From a phage: a DNA stretch of 64,000 nucleotides. Under the pieces are notes generated by a model. The model was not told where the DNA came from and did not search any database. It saw only the letters and a program-made list of their open reading frames with translations. The translations under genes and the position numbers were made by a program. Each line of letters opens with the position of its first letter. The first letter of the stretch is position 1. The stretch lies in the sequence record PZ386970.1. One strand, given 5' to 3'. Shown one piece after another: positions 41,670 through 51,610 of this stretch.

Positions 41670-43474
41670 TCTTTACGGAGTTCAGGGTCGTTACCCATGA
41701 GCATTTCAAATAGTTCTTTCCAATTTTCAGGAAGTTTAACTACGTCGTACACAGGGTTTTGAATCATTTCTTTATATTCATCCCGCTGAAGTGAGCCCAA
41801 TCCCTTGATGTATCGAATACTATGCTTAGGCAGTGTATCTTTAGCTTCTTCATACTCAGCTACAGTATAAAACCATTTTTGAGATTTGCCAATTTGTGCA
41901 ATAATTACAGGTGTTTTAACAAAGCGAATACGTCCTTGTTCAAACAATTCAGGCCAATTACTAAAGAAAGCAAGCAAAGCCGGATAGATACTTCCAAGAC
42001 CGTCATGATCGGCATCGGTCATAATTGCAATATTACGATAGTTCGTATTCTCTGCCTTTTCACCAAGAATAAGACCTGTGATAGCACAGATATCAAAGAG
42101 CTCTTTGTTCTTCATCATATCAGCATATGACATACCCCAGCTATTCATCACCTTACCACGTAACGGGAATCCACCATGTAGTTCACGGTCACGAACATCA
42201 ATGAGATAACCAATTGCCGAATCACCTTCTGTTAAGAACAATGTCGTATCTGCATCTTTACCACATTGGTTAGCTTTAATATGCTTATGAACCTTAGCTT
42301 TAGTTGCCTTTTTAGCTGCTTTAGTTTCTGCAGCCTTTTCTGCTGCCAATTTACGAGCTAATGCTGCTTCAACAATAGGCATAATCAAGGCTTCGTTTTT
42401 AAGAAGCGCCTGAGCAATTTTCTTAGCATCTAATTGGATATGATTACGAATATCACCATACGTTGACGTTAAACGTTCTTTAGTCTGAGAATCAAAACGC
42501 ATGTTGCTCATGTCTCTAATAAACATCAACATTGTGAGACATTCTTTAACACGAGCTTTAGTGACTTCAATACCCTTATATTTCTTTTTAATACCCGGCA
42601 AAAGATGTTCGCAGATATCATCCATTACACATTCAACATGATGACCGCCATTTTTAGTATGGATGTTATTAACATAAGTTAAATGACGGAAGCCATCTGG
42701 TGATGTTGTGAATGCTATAGAGACTTTATCATTTTCTTGAATGATGTTATCTTCACCAAATTGTTTAGCAAATCGTTTAAAATTACCATCAACCTTTTTA
42801 CCATTAAATGTGAACTTGATATCAGGATAAACGACTGCCAATGTTTGAAGTCGGTCTAAAGTAATATCTAAATAAATTTGAGATAAATTATGCTCTTCAA
42901 ATGAAGAGAAATCAGGAGTGAAGATTACTTTAGTGCCTTTACCTTTAGATTTCTTAGAAGACCATGATTTGTTTTCCATTCCATTTGAACAGTTAACAGT
43001 GATTTCATTTTCACCATCTGACGTGATGCCTGTAAACAACGTAGAGAAGATATTAGTTAAACTACTCCCGACGCCGTTCATACCACCAGTCTTGCGTTCA
43101 GAATCATCACCAAAGTTACCACCAGCTTTTGGAATAGTCCAGGCTGCTACAGGCCCAGGAATTTGTTCACCTGTTTGGTCGGTAACTAAACCTTGAGGAA
43201 TACCACGTCCGTTATCTTCAACCGAAACTTGATTATTTTTAATTTGCACATCAATTTTATTTGCAAACTTAAATGATGTACGAATAGCTTCATCAACTGA
43301 GTTGTCAATAATCTCATCGATTAATTTAACCAGGCCAGGAACATATTCAACTTGTTGATATTTACCAAACAAAAAACGCTCATGTGCTTCTTTGGCCGAA
43401 GAACCAATATACATACCACTACGTTTCTTAATATGTTCTACATCTGACAATACCTTAATTTCATTTTTAATCAT
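41654..43474 (-). CDS. 39: DNA topoisomerase II large subunit (GyrB-like ATPase + TOPRIM), unsplit 39/60
   Basis: 606-aa continuous ORF with GHKL ATPase N-terminus and TOPRIM C-terminus; no separate gene 60. Confidence 0.9.
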   Translation of the reverse strand: MIKNEIKVLSDVEHIKKRSGMYIGSSAKEAHERFLFGKYQQVEYVPGLVKLIDEIIDNSVDEAIRTSFKFANKIDVQIKNNQVSVEDNGRGIPQGLVTDQTGEQIPGPVAAWTIPKAGGNFGDDSERKTGGMNGVGSSLTNIFSTLFTGITSDGENEITVNCSNGMENKSWSSKKSKGKGTKVIFTPDFSSFEEHNLSQIYLDITLDRLQTLAVVYPDIKFTFNGKKVDGNFKRFAKQFGEDNIIQENDKVSIAFTTSPDGFRHLTYVNNIHTKNGGHHVECVMDDICEHLLPGIKKKYKGIEVTKARVKECLTMLMFIRDMSNMRFDSQTKERLTSTYGDIRNHIQLDAKKIAQALLKNEALIMPIVEAALARKLAAEKAAETKAAKKATKAKVHKHIKANQCGKDADTTLFLTEGDSAIGYLIDVRDRELHGGFPLRGKVMNSWGMSYADMMKNKELFDICAITGLILGEKAENTNYRNIAIMTDADHDGLGSIYPALLAFFSNWPELFEQGRIRFVKTPVIIAQIGKSQKWFYTVAEYEEAKDTLPKHSIRYIKGLGSLQRDEYKEMIQNPVYDVVKLPENWKELFEMLMGNDPELRKDWMLG

Positions 43475-43521
43475 GTTGTCTCCTCGTTATGAAGGTATTC
43501 TATCATCCGAAATCTAAAGCA

Positions 43522-43537
43522 AAAAGGGCCGAAGCCC
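43522..43537 (-). terminator. hairpin GGGC-UUCG-GCCC + U-tract
   Basis: short GC stem with tetraloop followed by TTTTTGC on minus strand, between 141-aa ORF and gene 39. Confidence 0.4.
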
Positions 43538-43963
43538 TTATTTAAATTTAATTTTCTGAAGTGCATCAATTGCAGCCAAACGCCCTTGTTCACTTTTAAC
43601 TGTAATGACCACATCGCCGGATACGATCACCGAACCATCAACAAATTCTATAGAGCCTTTTTTGAAATCGACAGCTGTATCTGGTTCCGGAACTTCTTCA
43701 AAGAATTTAAATTCTGCACCATAAAGCAGAATATCACCTTGCATACTATGAATAGTTCGGCCATAATCGCCTACGGCTTCTACAGCAATAACCGAAACGC
43801 CGTAACCAATCATCTCTTCCACAATAAAATCTTTGGACAATAAAGTAGTATGCAGATTAGTATTAAGACGTTTACCAGTTGTATTAAGAATTCTCAAGAA
43901 ATTATCTTCTTGACCTTTGATAATACGATATTTCTTACCAACTTCAAAACCTTTAAAAGCCAT
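43538..43963 (-). CDS. hypothetical protein
   Basis: 141-aa ORF from track. Confidence 0.5.
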   Translation of the reverse strand: MAFKGFEVGKKYRIIKGQEDNFLRILNTTGKRLNTNLHTTLLSKDFIVEEMIGYGVSVIAVEAVGDYGRTIHSMQGDILLYGAEFKFFEEVPEPDTAVDFKKGSIEFVDGSVIVSGDVVITVKSEQGRLAAIDALQKIKFK

Positions 43964-43965
43964 AA

Positions 43966-44145
43966 TTAACCCTTCTTAAGTAAGTCGTAAAAACCGCCGT
44001 TCACATGTTTAGGAGCAGAAACCCGACGAGTAGACAGACGATGACATTCAGGGCAAACATCATTTTCTCGTTCAGAAATCCTTTTAATTTTTTCATATTC
44101 ATGACCACAATCTTCAGATTGACATTTATAGTCGTATAACGGCAT
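43966..44145 (-). CDS. small zinc-ribbon protein (FmdB-like CxxC...CxxC), ~59 aa
   Basis: manually read [40 protein letters not shown]...; start overlaps upstream stop; coordinates +/-2. Confidence 0.4.
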   Translation of the reverse strand: MPLYDYKCQSEDCGHEYEKIKRISERENDVCPECHRLSTRRVSAPKHVNGGFYDLLKKG

Positions 44146-44558
44146 TATTGTTCCTTAAAGTGAGCTTTCAACATTTGATACAAAGACCATGCCTGGTCGT
44201 TATTTTCGATAGTAATCGTCATCACCGGAAATTCAGACAATTCGTCAAGTTCACTAGAATCTTGCTCTTCGGGCGCTTGATATGGATTTCCAACTTCGTC
44301 AAAGAACTCTGCTTCATTCGTGGAGAGCCAGATAAAGTTTTCATCAAGAATATCACCACCTGTTGCGTATCCAACCATGCCAGTAGATGTCACAATTTTA
44401 GTAGGTCGTCCAAGATGGTCAACATCTAATACTTTAAATGGTTCCATGCCAAGACGTCGTGCATAAATCCCATTATCAGTGTGGTCTTTAATAAACTCTT
44501 CTTGGGCACGTTTATCTTTAAATTGGTACCATGAGTTAACACGGAATTTATTAGCCAT
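44145..44558 (-). CDS. hypothetical protein
   Basis: track ORF 44145..44576 trimmed to ATG (MANKFRV...) overlapping upstream stop. Confidence 0.5.
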   Translation of the reverse strand: MANKFRVNSWYQFKDKRAQEEFIKDHTDNGIYARRLGMEPFKVLDVDHLGRPTKIVTSTGMVGYATGGDILDENFIWLSTNEAEFFDEVGNPYQAPEEQDSSELDELSEFPVMTITIENNDQAWSLYQMLKAHFKEQ

Positions 44559-44785
44559 TAGTAAGTTTCCTTCCAATAAGTTGTACCGTTTTCAGTGATT
44601 TCACGGAAGATACCATAGATAGGCATTTCATCACCAAGTTTTTCGTAAACGTAAACCACTTCAGTGTAGCATAAAAATTCGGTCCAGTTTTTCTGTACAA
44701 CAACTAAATCAGGATTAAACAAAACATCTTCAAACTCATCGATGTTTGAATCAGTAGTTACGTTTTTAATGATTTGACGTTTCAT
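44558..44785 (-). CDS. hypothetical protein
   Basis: track ORF 44558..44830 trimmed to ATG with GAGGAGA RBS; track start lies inside an early promoter. Confidence 0.5.
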   Translation of the reverse strand: MKRQIIKNVTTDSNIDEFEDVLFNPDLVVVQKNWTEFLCYTEVVYVYEKLGDEMPIYGIFREITENGTTYWKETY

Positions 44786-44842
44786 AATATTCTCCTCTTG
44801 TTTTGATAGGTCTATAGTATCATAGACCATAGTTGTTGTACA

Positions 44843-45367
44843 TCATTTTAGCAAAATAAAATCAACTTGTTCTGCCAATGAACGTCTAAACATTAATTGA
44901 CAACTTCCGAGTATGAAATCAGGTGCTTCATAGACCGCGATGTAGTATCCTTTAGCTTTCAAGAGTTCAACATCCACTTGGTCATCAAACCATGCATAAA
45001 CCGCGTCAACACTTTCAAATCCAAAATAGAACCCTTGAGCCCAATCTTCGCTCAATTCAAATGTGTGCTCAATTCTATAGTATCTTAAGATATTTTGTTC
45101 AAGGAGTTTGTCTTCATTTACTGTAGGACGATTAGGGACGTTATAGTTGTCGCCGTGATGGTAGAAGTTACCTGAGAGTATTCCATGCTTATCAAGGAAC
45201 TCCCATGTTTCTTCAGAGTTGTCGGTGCCCGACCAACCGTATGGTGAGCGAGGTTCTTTATTCCAAGAGGTTTCCCAAATTCTGACGGCTTTGCCGTCTT
45301 CGATAGCAATTCCTGGTAATGATTCACGTTGAGTACAAAAACTACGTTCTACGCGGTAAACTAACAT
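44843..45367 (-). CDS. hypothetical protein
   Basis: track ORF 44843..45436 trimmed to ATG with GAGGAGA RBS downstream of early promoter. Confidence 0.5.
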   Translation of the reverse strand: MLVYRVERSFCTQRESLPGIAIEDGKAVRIWETSWNKEPRSPYGWSGTDNSEETWEFLDKHGILSGNFYHHGDNYNVPNRPTVNEDKLLEQNILRYYRIEHTFELSEDWAQGFYFGFESVDAVYAWFDDQVDVELLKAKGYYIAVYEAPDFILGSCQLMFRRSLAEQVDFILLK

Positions 45368-45428
45368 ATTATTCTCCTCTGGTTGATATGGCTCTATAAT
45401 ATCAAATCCAGAGGAGAAGTAAACAACT

Positions 45429-45848
45429 TTATGCAAAAGATGCTGGACAATATTTTTTGATTCGGAACTCAGGAACTACCATGAACTGCCCGGCAAAAAC
45501 AATGTTGTAAAGCTTGACACCATCTTCAACCCATTGGTCGCTAATAAATCCGGCAATTTGCTTAGTTTTCCATGGTGTTCCATCAGTTGCAGCAGAAATA
45601 GTAAATTCATGGTCTTTTACAACTAAAACAGACCTGCACAGTTTCCATTTGAATGCTTTTTCTTCTGGTTCAATGAACCGGCTTTTAACGTAACCAATGT
45701 TACCATCAGCGTCACGAACTTTAACTTCGTTACGTCCAAAAACCGGATCACTTACATAAAGGACTTCAACCAACTTCCCAGCAACTTTAGAGCGAGAAGC
45801 ATCTGATACGTGTACATAATCACCAATAGAGAGATTTGCAATATTCAT
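45429..45848 (-). CDS. paralog family member A (conserved C-terminal GFISDQWVEDG...LYNIVF.G.F.VV motif)
   Basis: 139-aa ORF; shares N-terminal S.ASRSK.AG.LVEV and C-terminal motif with the next gene. Confidence 0.55.
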   Translation of the reverse strand: MNIANLSIGDYVHVSDASRSKVAGKLVEVLYVSDPVFGRNEVKVRDADGNIGYVKSRFIEPEEKAFKWKLCRSVLVVKDHEFTISAATDGTPWKTKQIAGFISDQWVEDGVKLYNIVFAGQFMVVPEFRIKKYCPASFA

Positions 45849-45857
45849 AATAATTCC

Positions 45858-46313
45858 TTAAGCTTTACGAGGAGATACATAGCGAGTGATTTCAGATTCT
45901 TTAACAACTCGGAAGTCACCTAAGAATACGATATTGTATAACTTTTCACCATCTTCAACCCATTGGTCACTAATGAAGCCACACATAGTATCAGTTTTGC
46001 TTGGATAACCGTATTCATCGATGAAGTCAAATTCTTTATCAGTCTGGAATTCAACACCTTTACACAAGACCCATTTGAACTGTACATTAGGTTCAGTAGA
46101 AGCAAAATGAGCGCTCACATGAGTTTCCAAGAATTTAGGACTTACGTAAGCGTACTGAGTTTCAGTTTTTCCAGAACTAGGAATGATTCGAACTTTAACT
46201 TCTTTAACACGACCAGTACCATTAGTACGAAGTCCTACCACTTCAACTAGACGACCTGCAGCTTTAGAACGAGATGCAGACGATACACGCTTAATTTCAC
46301 CAATAGTAATCAT
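45858..46313 (-). CDS. paralog family member B
   Basis: track ORF 45858..46376 trimmed to ATG (MITIGEIKRVSSASRSKAAGRLVEV...) downstream of its own promoter. Confidence 0.55.
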   Translation of the reverse strand: MITIGEIKRVSSASRSKAAGRLVEVVGLRTNGTGRVKEVKVRIIPSSGKTETQYAYVSPKFLETHVSAHFASTEPNVQFKWVLCKGVEFQTDKEFDFIDEYGYPSKTDTMCGFISDQWVEDGEKLYNIVFLGDFRVVKESEITRYVSPRKA

Positions 46314-46375
46314 AATTTCTCTCTCTTTGTTTAAATTGAATTCACTATACTCCATCCATCCTTGGATGTACAACA

Positions 46376-46870
46376 TTAATTTAGAATATTAACCACAGCA
46401 CTACGTGGAACTACACTAAAATCACCTGCATGAACAACGTTCAGAAGTTCAACACCGTCTTCAATCCACTGATCAGTTACCCATCCACTCACTGGTCCTG
46501 CGAACGGACGACGAATTGAAACAGCTTTACACAACAAATCAGTAGGCTCAATAGGCTTAATCAGAGTACCGTACATACAAGCGATATCCATATCAAAGTG
46601 GAGACCATCTTTAACAGGTGCTTCTTCAATCAACAGTTCAAAGTCGGTGCTTGGAAGGGCGGTAGTAGAAATTGTACCGTATGAATTTTTAATTTCTAAG
46701 AATAACCAAGGGCCTTCAGCTTGTTTGATGAAGTTAACAATAGTGAAACTATTACCTTGAGTGGCACCTAAAATTTCACAAAACTTTTCATAAGCTCGCA
46801 CTGAAGCACCGTACCAGTTGATTTGTTTTTCGTCTTTCAGGATGTAAGTAGCCGTAGTATTGATATTCAT
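46376..46870 (-). CDS. paralog family member C (divergent N-terminus, conserved C-terminal motif)
   Basis: track ORF 46376..46912 trimmed to first ATG (MNINTTATY...) after promoter; C-terminus GWVTDQWIEDGVELLNVVHAGDFSVVP. Confidence 0.55.
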   Translation of the reverse strand: MNINTTATYILKDEKQINWYGASVRAYEKFCEILGATQGNSFTIVNFIKQAEGPWLFLEIKNSYGTISTTALPSTDFELLIEEAPVKDGLHFDMDIACMYGTLIKPIEPTDLLCKAVSIRRPFAGPVSGWVTDQWIEDGVELLNVVHAGDFSVVPRSAVVNILN

Positions 46871-46900
46871 AATGGTTTCCCGTTTGGTTAAGATAGAAAG

Positions 46901-46930
46901 ATTATACTCCAACCATCCTTGGTTGTAAAC
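46901..46930 (-). promoter_or_regulatory. early-type promoter with palindromic spacer (CCAAGGATGG) upstream of paralog C
   Basis: minus strand GTTTAC aaccaaggatggttggag TATAAT; similar promoter upstream of paralog B. Confidence 0.5.
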
Positions 46931-46935
46931 TGTTT

Positions 46936-47613
46936 TTATCGCTGTTTTACACTTAACGGGTCAGGATTCTCAGGGACATCTTCAAGGCCAAGCGCATAAC
47001 GCTGAGCATATTTTAACATCAAAATATCTTTAGCACAATCATGAATACTATCATGGGCAACGAATCCTTTTAGCGTACCCATCGGTAATGGACACATACT
47101 TAATCCTCGTGTCAACGAGTAAGCTTCGATTGCTGTACGAATATCACGTTGAGCCCAGAATTTAACCGGTTCTAATTTATCAGTATCAATATCTGGTTCA
47201 AGAACACCTTCATCACGATAGAGGTCACGAATCAAATCGACCAAGATTGGGAAGTCAAAGCTCATACCACGGCACCACATCTGTGATTTCCATTGGTCAA
47301 CTTTATTAGCTCGGCAATAGTCTAAAAAGATTTTAATGCCTTCAAGCGTAGTGACATCGTCTTCAGACGGGGCCAAGTTTTTACGTGCTTCAGCCGATTG
47401 TTCTTTCCACCATTTCATAGTGGATTTAGCGAAAACTCGCTTCCCTTTCTGAGAAGCTAAATTAAATTTAATTCGTTTACCTCGTTGAACAAGTTCTTCA
47501 AATGATTCAACAACTTCAGGGTCGGAATTATATGCAATAACCGCAAGGTCAATAACAGCCGCTTTTGATGTATTGCCGAATGTTTCAAAATCTATAATAA
47601 CATCAGTGCTCAT
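46936..47613 (-). CDS. dexA: exonuclease A (DEDD 3'-5' exonuclease)
   Basis: 225-aa ORF with DEDD motif I (IIDFETFG) at N-terminus; position adjacent to dda. Confidence 0.85.
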   Translation of the reverse strand: MSTDVIIDFETFGNTSKAAVIDLAVIAYNSDPEVVESFEELVQRGKRIKFNLASQKGKRVFAKSTMKWWKEQSAEARKNLAPSEDDVTTLEGIKIFLDYCRANKVDQWKSQMWCRGMSFDFPILVDLIRDLYRDEGVLEPDIDTDKLEPVKFWAQRDIRTAIEAYSLTRGLSMCPLPMGTLKGFVAHDSIHDCAKDILMLKYAQRYALGLEDVPENPDPLSVKQR

Positions 47614-47622
47614 AATTTTCTC

Positions 47623-48936
47623 TCAAATAAAATGGACGTCAAAACGACCACGAGTTGTGCCTACATACAATAATTGTTTAGCTAATTCTGAATCGGCATA
47701 ATGGATACACGGTGTATAAACAAAGGCCGTGTCAACAGACATACCTTGGGCCTTATGGAAGGTTGATACTGGTAGTGCCTTCACCTTAGTGAACATACGT
47801 TTAGCATCCCAGAATTCGCTCCATGGAGCTTTACCACCTTTATTCCAAAATTTGTATGTTTCTGCGGTCTTAGCCAAAAACAAATTGAATTTATAAAGCT
47901 CTTCTTCGGAAGAAATAACCTTTATATCCTCGCGGACATATTCTTCGTCATCCCCATATGTTTCTACTGTAAGATTCCAGTATCGTATCATATATTCGCC
48001 TGAAACACCACGTGCTTTAACAAATGTAGACGTTTCTACAGCATCTCGAATACGAACGAATTGCCCGTTATTGAAAAGCATTTCAGTCATATTTTTGCCA
48101 TCTAGCTTGTACGTCTTAGTAAACGGCTCTTGTAGAACAATGACTTCGTCTTTAATAAATGGCTTTTCTGTTTCAAGAAGTTTTCGGCGAATAATTGAAT
48201 TTAACTTGTCCACCGACTTATTTGTGAATGCCATCATTCGATTTTCGAAAAGGTCTTCAGGAGTTTTAACGACGTTAAAATAGTTCATCATATACGATTT
48301 AAGGTCTGTATATCCATGAACACCGTGTCCATCAACTACTTTATCGTAAATCCATTTGCCATTACGAATATCAGTCGCAACATCAATAATTGGTGCATTG
48401 CTACGTTTAACTTCTGTAAGGTTGCATTGCACGAAGTCTTTGTGAGTGAAGAAAGGACTTAGATACGCAGTTGATTCGCCTGGGTCGACCGGACGAATCT
48501 GACATCGGTCACCAATTCCAATTACTGTACACCATTTAGGGATACTAGCTAACATTATTTTAAACAGAGAACGGTCACACATTGACGCTTCATCAAATAA
48601 CAGTACACGGCACAAGGCTAAGTCGGGAACCTTTTTCTGTTCAAACAATACGTTTTCTTCGTATGTAGTTGGGTTGATTTTAAGAATGCTATGAATAGTC
48701 GATGCTTCTTGACCCGCAAGTTTGCTTAGAACCTTTTTAGCAGCATGTGTAGGGGCTGCTAAAATAATACCTGATTCTCCAGAAGAAATAAGGGCTTCAA
48801 CGATGAATCTAGTGAGGGTTGTTTTACCTGTACCAGCAGGCCCATTAATAGTTACGTGATGTTTCTTTTCTTTAATAGCGTTCATAACAACGTTGAAGGC
48901 GTTTTTCTGGCCTTCAGTCAAATCATCAAATGTCAT
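47623..48936 (-). CDS. dda: Dda DNA helicase (SF1B)
   Basis: 437-aa ORF; Walker A GPAGTGKTT; N-terminus MTFDDLTEGQKNAFN.VMNAIKEKKHHVTINGPAGTGKTTLT matches T4 Dda. Confidence 0.9.
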   Translation of the reverse strand: MTFDDLTEGQKNAFNVVMNAIKEKKHHVTINGPAGTGKTTLTRFIVEALISSGESGIILAAPTHAAKKVLSKLAGQEASTIHSILKINPTTYEENVLFEQKKVPDLALCRVLLFDEASMCDRSLFKIMLASIPKWCTVIGIGDRCQIRPVDPGESTAYLSPFFTHKDFVQCNLTEVKRSNAPIIDVATDIRNGKWIYDKVVDGHGVHGYTDLKSYMMNYFNVVKTPEDLFENRMMAFTNKSVDKLNSIIRRKLLETEKPFIKDEVIVLQEPFTKTYKLDGKNMTEMLFNNGQFVRIRDAVETSTFVKARGVSGEYMIRYWNLTVETYGDDEEYVREDIKVISSEEELYKFNLFLAKTAETYKFWNKGGKAPWSEFWDAKRMFTKVKALPVSTFHKAQGMSVDTAFVYTPCIHYADSELAKQLLYVGTTRGRFDVHFI

Positions 48937-49244
48937 CGTAAAGTCCCTGCAATTGGAATACTAACAATACGGCCTGTATCCAGGATTCGTTGATACAATT
49001 TTTGCGTCTCCGCATCTAGTTTAATGTGTTTCATTTCAAGCTTATTAAACCAGAACTTACGCGGAGTTTCGACCATTCTTAGAACTCCCATTTTTAAATC
49101 TGTTTTATACTGGGTTTTCAAAGTATCGAAAACTTTATCTGCAATATCCTTTCTAAAAAATACTGCAGGACGATGCTCATCAAGTGGAACCGGGACAGTA
49201 AATCCTTCCATATCTCGATAAACTATTGCATATACATAAACCAT
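48933..49244 (-). CDS. hypothetical protein (dda.1-position)
   Basis: 103-aa ORF from track. Confidence 0.5.
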   Translation of the reverse strand: MVYVYAIVYRDMEGFTVPVPLDEHRPAVFFRKDIADKVFDTLKTQYKTDLKMGVLRMVETPRKFWFNKLEMKHIKLDAETQKLYQRILDTGRIVSIPIAGTLR

Positions 49245-49246
49245 AA

Positions 49247-49993
49247 TTAACCTTTAATAAGTTGGAATAATGATGCGCTAAGTGGTAAGCCACGTTTCAA
49301 TTTTAATTTACCAATGAAACCGATCTTTTCAAAACGTTGCAGACCTTGGATAACTTTATCATATGTATCGAAAAGCGATTCAGCGTCAGTTAATTTAGTT
49401 TTAGTTTTCCAGTCAGAGCCTTTAAGAAGAACGTTGAGTTTAGTAAGTTCATGGCCTTCTGCTTGATGTGAGCCATTAATGCGTGCTTTCAAAGCAACAA
49501 TTCTAAGTTTAGATTCGTTAGATAAAGGTTGATTTTTCGTCATGTTCGCCATATGCTTAACACGATTTTCACGTTTTGCTCGGATTTTTAAAATAGTACC
49601 ATAAACCTTTTTGATTTGGGCCCATTTCTTCTCGTCGAGATTAAGTTTCTCTACTTTACGGGCAGAAGGATTAGCGATACGCCTTGCAATGGCATCACGT
49701 TTCTCAATAAGTTCTTCTAATGTTAAATCAGAACGAGCAGTGTTATATTTTTTCTTAACTGGGATAACATTACCTTTAATGTAGCCGATATCGTTATTAA
49801 AACGTTCTAAGGATAATTTCTCACCTTCAACAGAGTTATTGAAAGATTCACCTGAGTAAGCGCAGACCTTTTGATCAAGAATGTTTTTAAGGTAATTAAA
49901 GTCTAAGTTAAAATCCTTAGAGCGTCTCTTCGCAGAAGCTCTGGTGTGGTCAAGACGACGATTGATTTTGTTAATTTTATTATTTGATAACAT
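49247..49993 (-). CDS. hypothetical protein (position equivalent to T4 srd)
   Basis: 248-aa basic ORF from track between dda.1 and modA-like gene; identity to Srd not verifiable from memory. Confidence 0.45.
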   Translation of the reverse strand: MLSNNKINKINRRLDHTRASAKRRSKDFNLDFNYLKNILDQKVCAYSGESFNNSVEGEKLSLERFNNDIGYIKGNVIPVKKKYNTARSDLTLEELIEKRDAIARRIANPSARKVEKLNLDEKKWAQIKKVYGTILKIRAKRENRVKHMANMTKNQPLSNESKLRIVALKARINGSHQAEGHELTKLNVLLKGSDWKTKTKLTDAESLFDTYDKVIQGLQRFEKIGFIGKLKLKRGLPLSASLFQLIKG

Positions 49994-50146
49994 AATATTT
50001 TCCTCTGTCTTACGGACGTTAAGGTCATTTAGCTGATAAGTCTATAATATCATGCCCTCAGGTAGTGTACACTCTTTTTTCATAAAATGCTTTAATTTTT
50101 TATGTGTTATAATGGTTCTGAGTTCCATCCGGTTATTCCAATTCAG

Positions 50147-50755
50147 TCAGTAACTGACAATAGACAGATTCCAGATTGTATAACGTCCATTTTGAATAAT
50201 AGAATCTACACGCAGTGTAGTCCCTATAGGGAGCATAAATTCACATTCGTCAGATATAAGTCTAGCATTAGACCGTCTTGTCGCTTCAGGGAAAGCTCCA
50301 TTGAACTCACAAGATGGCGCAGCCAGAATCATGTTAAGCATATGTTCACGGAAGTTGAAAGCAAATGGTGCATCTTTGATGCAGAACATATTAAATGTTC
50401 CATAAAAATTATACGAAGCAAAGTTACGTGCTACACTGAACACTGGGCTGAAGCTCATTACTCTGTCAAATTTAATAATACTACCAATGCCTTTATCATC
50501 GAGTGTGGCCATAGTTTTCTTAGAGATTCCACGATACATTGTCTCAGGAACAGAAGACGTCCAATTTCTACGAACAATTGAACTTAAATCTTGTTGGATG
50601 CTATCAGGCTTGTTTTCCATACACTGCCACAGTACACTTTGTTCAATGTCGCTGAATTGACTATCAATTTCATACTGCAATTCATCTTGATATTCAGGGT
50701 TTTGAGCACGACGAACCATTTCTTCAATTTCACACTCGTTATACGGCATAAACAT
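50147..50755 (-). CDS. modA: ADP-ribosyltransferase, ModA-like
   Basis: 202-aa ORF; paralogous to next gene; position and size as T4 ModA. Confidence 0.55.
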   Translation of the reverse strand: MFMPYNECEIEEMVRRAQNPEYQDELQYEIDSQFSDIEQSVLWQCMENKPDSIQQDLSSIVRRNWTSSVPETMYRGISKKTMATLDDKGIGSIIKFDRVMSFSPVFSVARNFASYNFYGTFNMFCIKDAPFAFNFREHMLNMILAAPSCEFNGAFPEATRRSNARLISDECEFMLPIGTTLRVDSIIQNGRYTIWNLSIVSY

Positions 50756-50812
50756 TTAGGTTTCTCCTGTGGTTGATAAAGGTATAGTATCATCATCGGA
50801 AGAGTTTGTAAA

Positions 50813-51394
50813 CTAAAAATTCAACATCTTTAAGTGAATGATTTTGTATACTCGAGACAAAGGGTCATACTCTAACTCTTCGATTTCCACAATCTCAAAT
50901 CTAGAGATGCCTGAGACCATGTACTCTTGTTCAGATTCAATCATATCTAGGACGTCAACACGCGTTTCTTCCATAACATGCTTAGGATTCTTTCCGGCAA
51001 GTACAATGTTAACCATGTTTTGGTAGTAATCAAAAATGAATGGAGCATTCCTGAGACTAAGAATAGTGTACGTCTGATATTCCCATCTCCCAGAGAATTG
51101 ACGAGCTGTACTGAAATCAGTTGTGAACGATGTTACTCGTCCAGGAGACCAATGGCATCCAACAGAAAGAAGGGAAAGACGTTCTACTTCTTCTGGAGTT
51201 ACACCACGGTAGAGTTCTACTGGTACTGTAGAAGTCATATGCTTACGAACAAGATGGTCTAATTCATAGTGGAAATCTGGGTCTTCCTTAGAATCAGTGC
51301 AAGCCCAGAGAATGTTTTGTTCTTGGCGGGTGAATTTACTATCAATCAGATTTGTTAGGTATTCGCGTTCTTGAAGTTCAGATTGACATGTCAT
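50813..51394 (-). CDS. modB: ADP-ribosyltransferase, ModB-like
   Basis: 193-aa ORF; paralog of the preceding gene (shared blocks ...ILWAC.D.K.D....L..LVR...TS.VP...YRG...). Confidence 0.55.
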   Translation of the reverse strand: MTCQSELQEREYLTNLIDSKFTRQEQNILWACTDSKEDPDFHYELDHLVRKHMTSTVPVELYRGVTPEEVERLSLLSVGCHWSPGRVTSFTTDFSTARQFSGRWEYQTYTILSLRNAPFIFDYYQNMVNIVLAGKNPKHVMEETRVDVLDMIESEQEYMVSGISRFEIVEIEELEYDPLSRVYKIIHLKMLNF

Positions 51395-51610
51395 GATAGA
51401 CCTCCATTTAAAGATAAGTCTATCATAACACGAGAGGAGGGAATGTAAACTACTTTTTAAGCTTTCCTACTAAAGGACCGTCAGGACCGGGTTGTTCTAA
51501 CATGAATAAAGATGCTTTAAAAAGCAATGTCAACCCTTTCACCATTCGATACCATGTCTCAAAGTCTTTTTCCTTGATTTCTAGTAAGAATTTCTCTTTA
51601 AATTTCTCTT

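Noticed and set aside
50102-50581. 159-aa plus-strand ORF
   Set aside because: Antisense to the modA-like gene
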